Source: Lytechinus pictus (Eukaryota). From it: a stretch of 64,000 bases of DNA. Under the pieces are notes generated by a model. It was given only the letters and a program-made list of their open reading frames with translations. It was not told the DNA's origin and ran no database searches. This document shows positions 63,400 to 64,000 of this stretch, one piece after another. Where the stretch lies: positions 24,430,001 to 24,494,000 of the forward strand of contig NC_087250.1 of NCBI RefSeq assembly GCF_037042905.1. Reading direction: 5' to 3'. Position 1 is the first letter of the stretch. Each line of letters begins with the position of its first letter. The translations under genes were made by a program, and so were the position numbers.

Positions 63400-63787
63400 G
63401 TGTATAATACAACTCCCAAGAATATTCTGTAATCTGATTGGTCCACATCGGATCACATGATATTCAGCAACTTGCACTATTGCATCCAATATGCACTATC
63501 CTGCACTCTGACGTCAGAGTGCAGGATAGTGCGAGGTCTAGAATTATCTAGAATTTAGATCAAATATAACATTCGGGGCAACTCAGTAACACGGGGAGGA
63601 GGGGGGTTGTATAAAACAAACGCTGCACACATTCTTGTGCATAAAGGACCTAAATAATGGACTCTGTGCTTGACTCGCCAAATGGATGTACCGCGGACCT
63701 CGGTGTGGTATATCCATTGGTGCTTCTCACACATTGTTCATTATTTGGCCCTGCATGCACATGCTTATGTGCATTATTTGTATAATA
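63400..63787. repeat. Probable non-autonomous repeat containing a perfect 40-bp palindrome (63493-63532)
   Basis: GCACTATCCTGCACTCTGACGTCAGAGTGCAGGATAGTGC. Boundaries and class uncertain. Confidence 0.4.
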
Positions 63788-64000
63788 GTCGAGGAGAGAT
63801 GTAGCATGAACCCAAAATAGTGTGATTTGATTTGAAATATTTTTTTTAAAGACAACACGAATACAGCATGCTTCATAGACATTTATTAGTCCAAATTGTA
63901 AAGAAGGTGAGAGAATTTTACTGTTGACACTTTTCTTGATGTTACATTATTATACATTGTTTAGCATTCAAATGATAATACATTTCTTCATGTGAGTACA

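Overview
AT-rich, repeat-dense eukaryotic (animal) genomic DNA. The repeat families and gene content suggest a sea urchin or other echinoderm; this is inference. Two protein-coding genes are supported. (1) On the minus strand, a gene whose ~3.05-kb main coding exon (20939-23989) encodes about 30 near-identical 33-aa ankyrin repeats, followed by two small in-frame exons (19320-19477, 18881-18915). (2) On the plus strand, a complete seven-coding-exon SCNM1 homologue (50622-59937, 504 aa) with an unusually large 1008-bp internal exon containing a 17-aa repeat. Most of the rest is non-autonomous DNA transposons, many with readable terminal inverted repeats (TIRs) and target-site duplications (TSDs) and nested up to four deep. 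There are also LINE and SINE remnants, an LTR-like repeat, a 26-bp satellite and a ~2.7-kb local duplication. No prokaryotic system or CRISPR array is present, and I cannot demonstrate a new biological system from sequence alone. The best leads are the ankyrin array, which varies mainly at binding-surface positions, an apparent 8.3-kb Academ-like composite element (10529-18815) just past the last recognisable ankyrin-gene exon, and the expanded SCNM1 exon. Transposon superfamily names rest on terminal and TSD signatures only.
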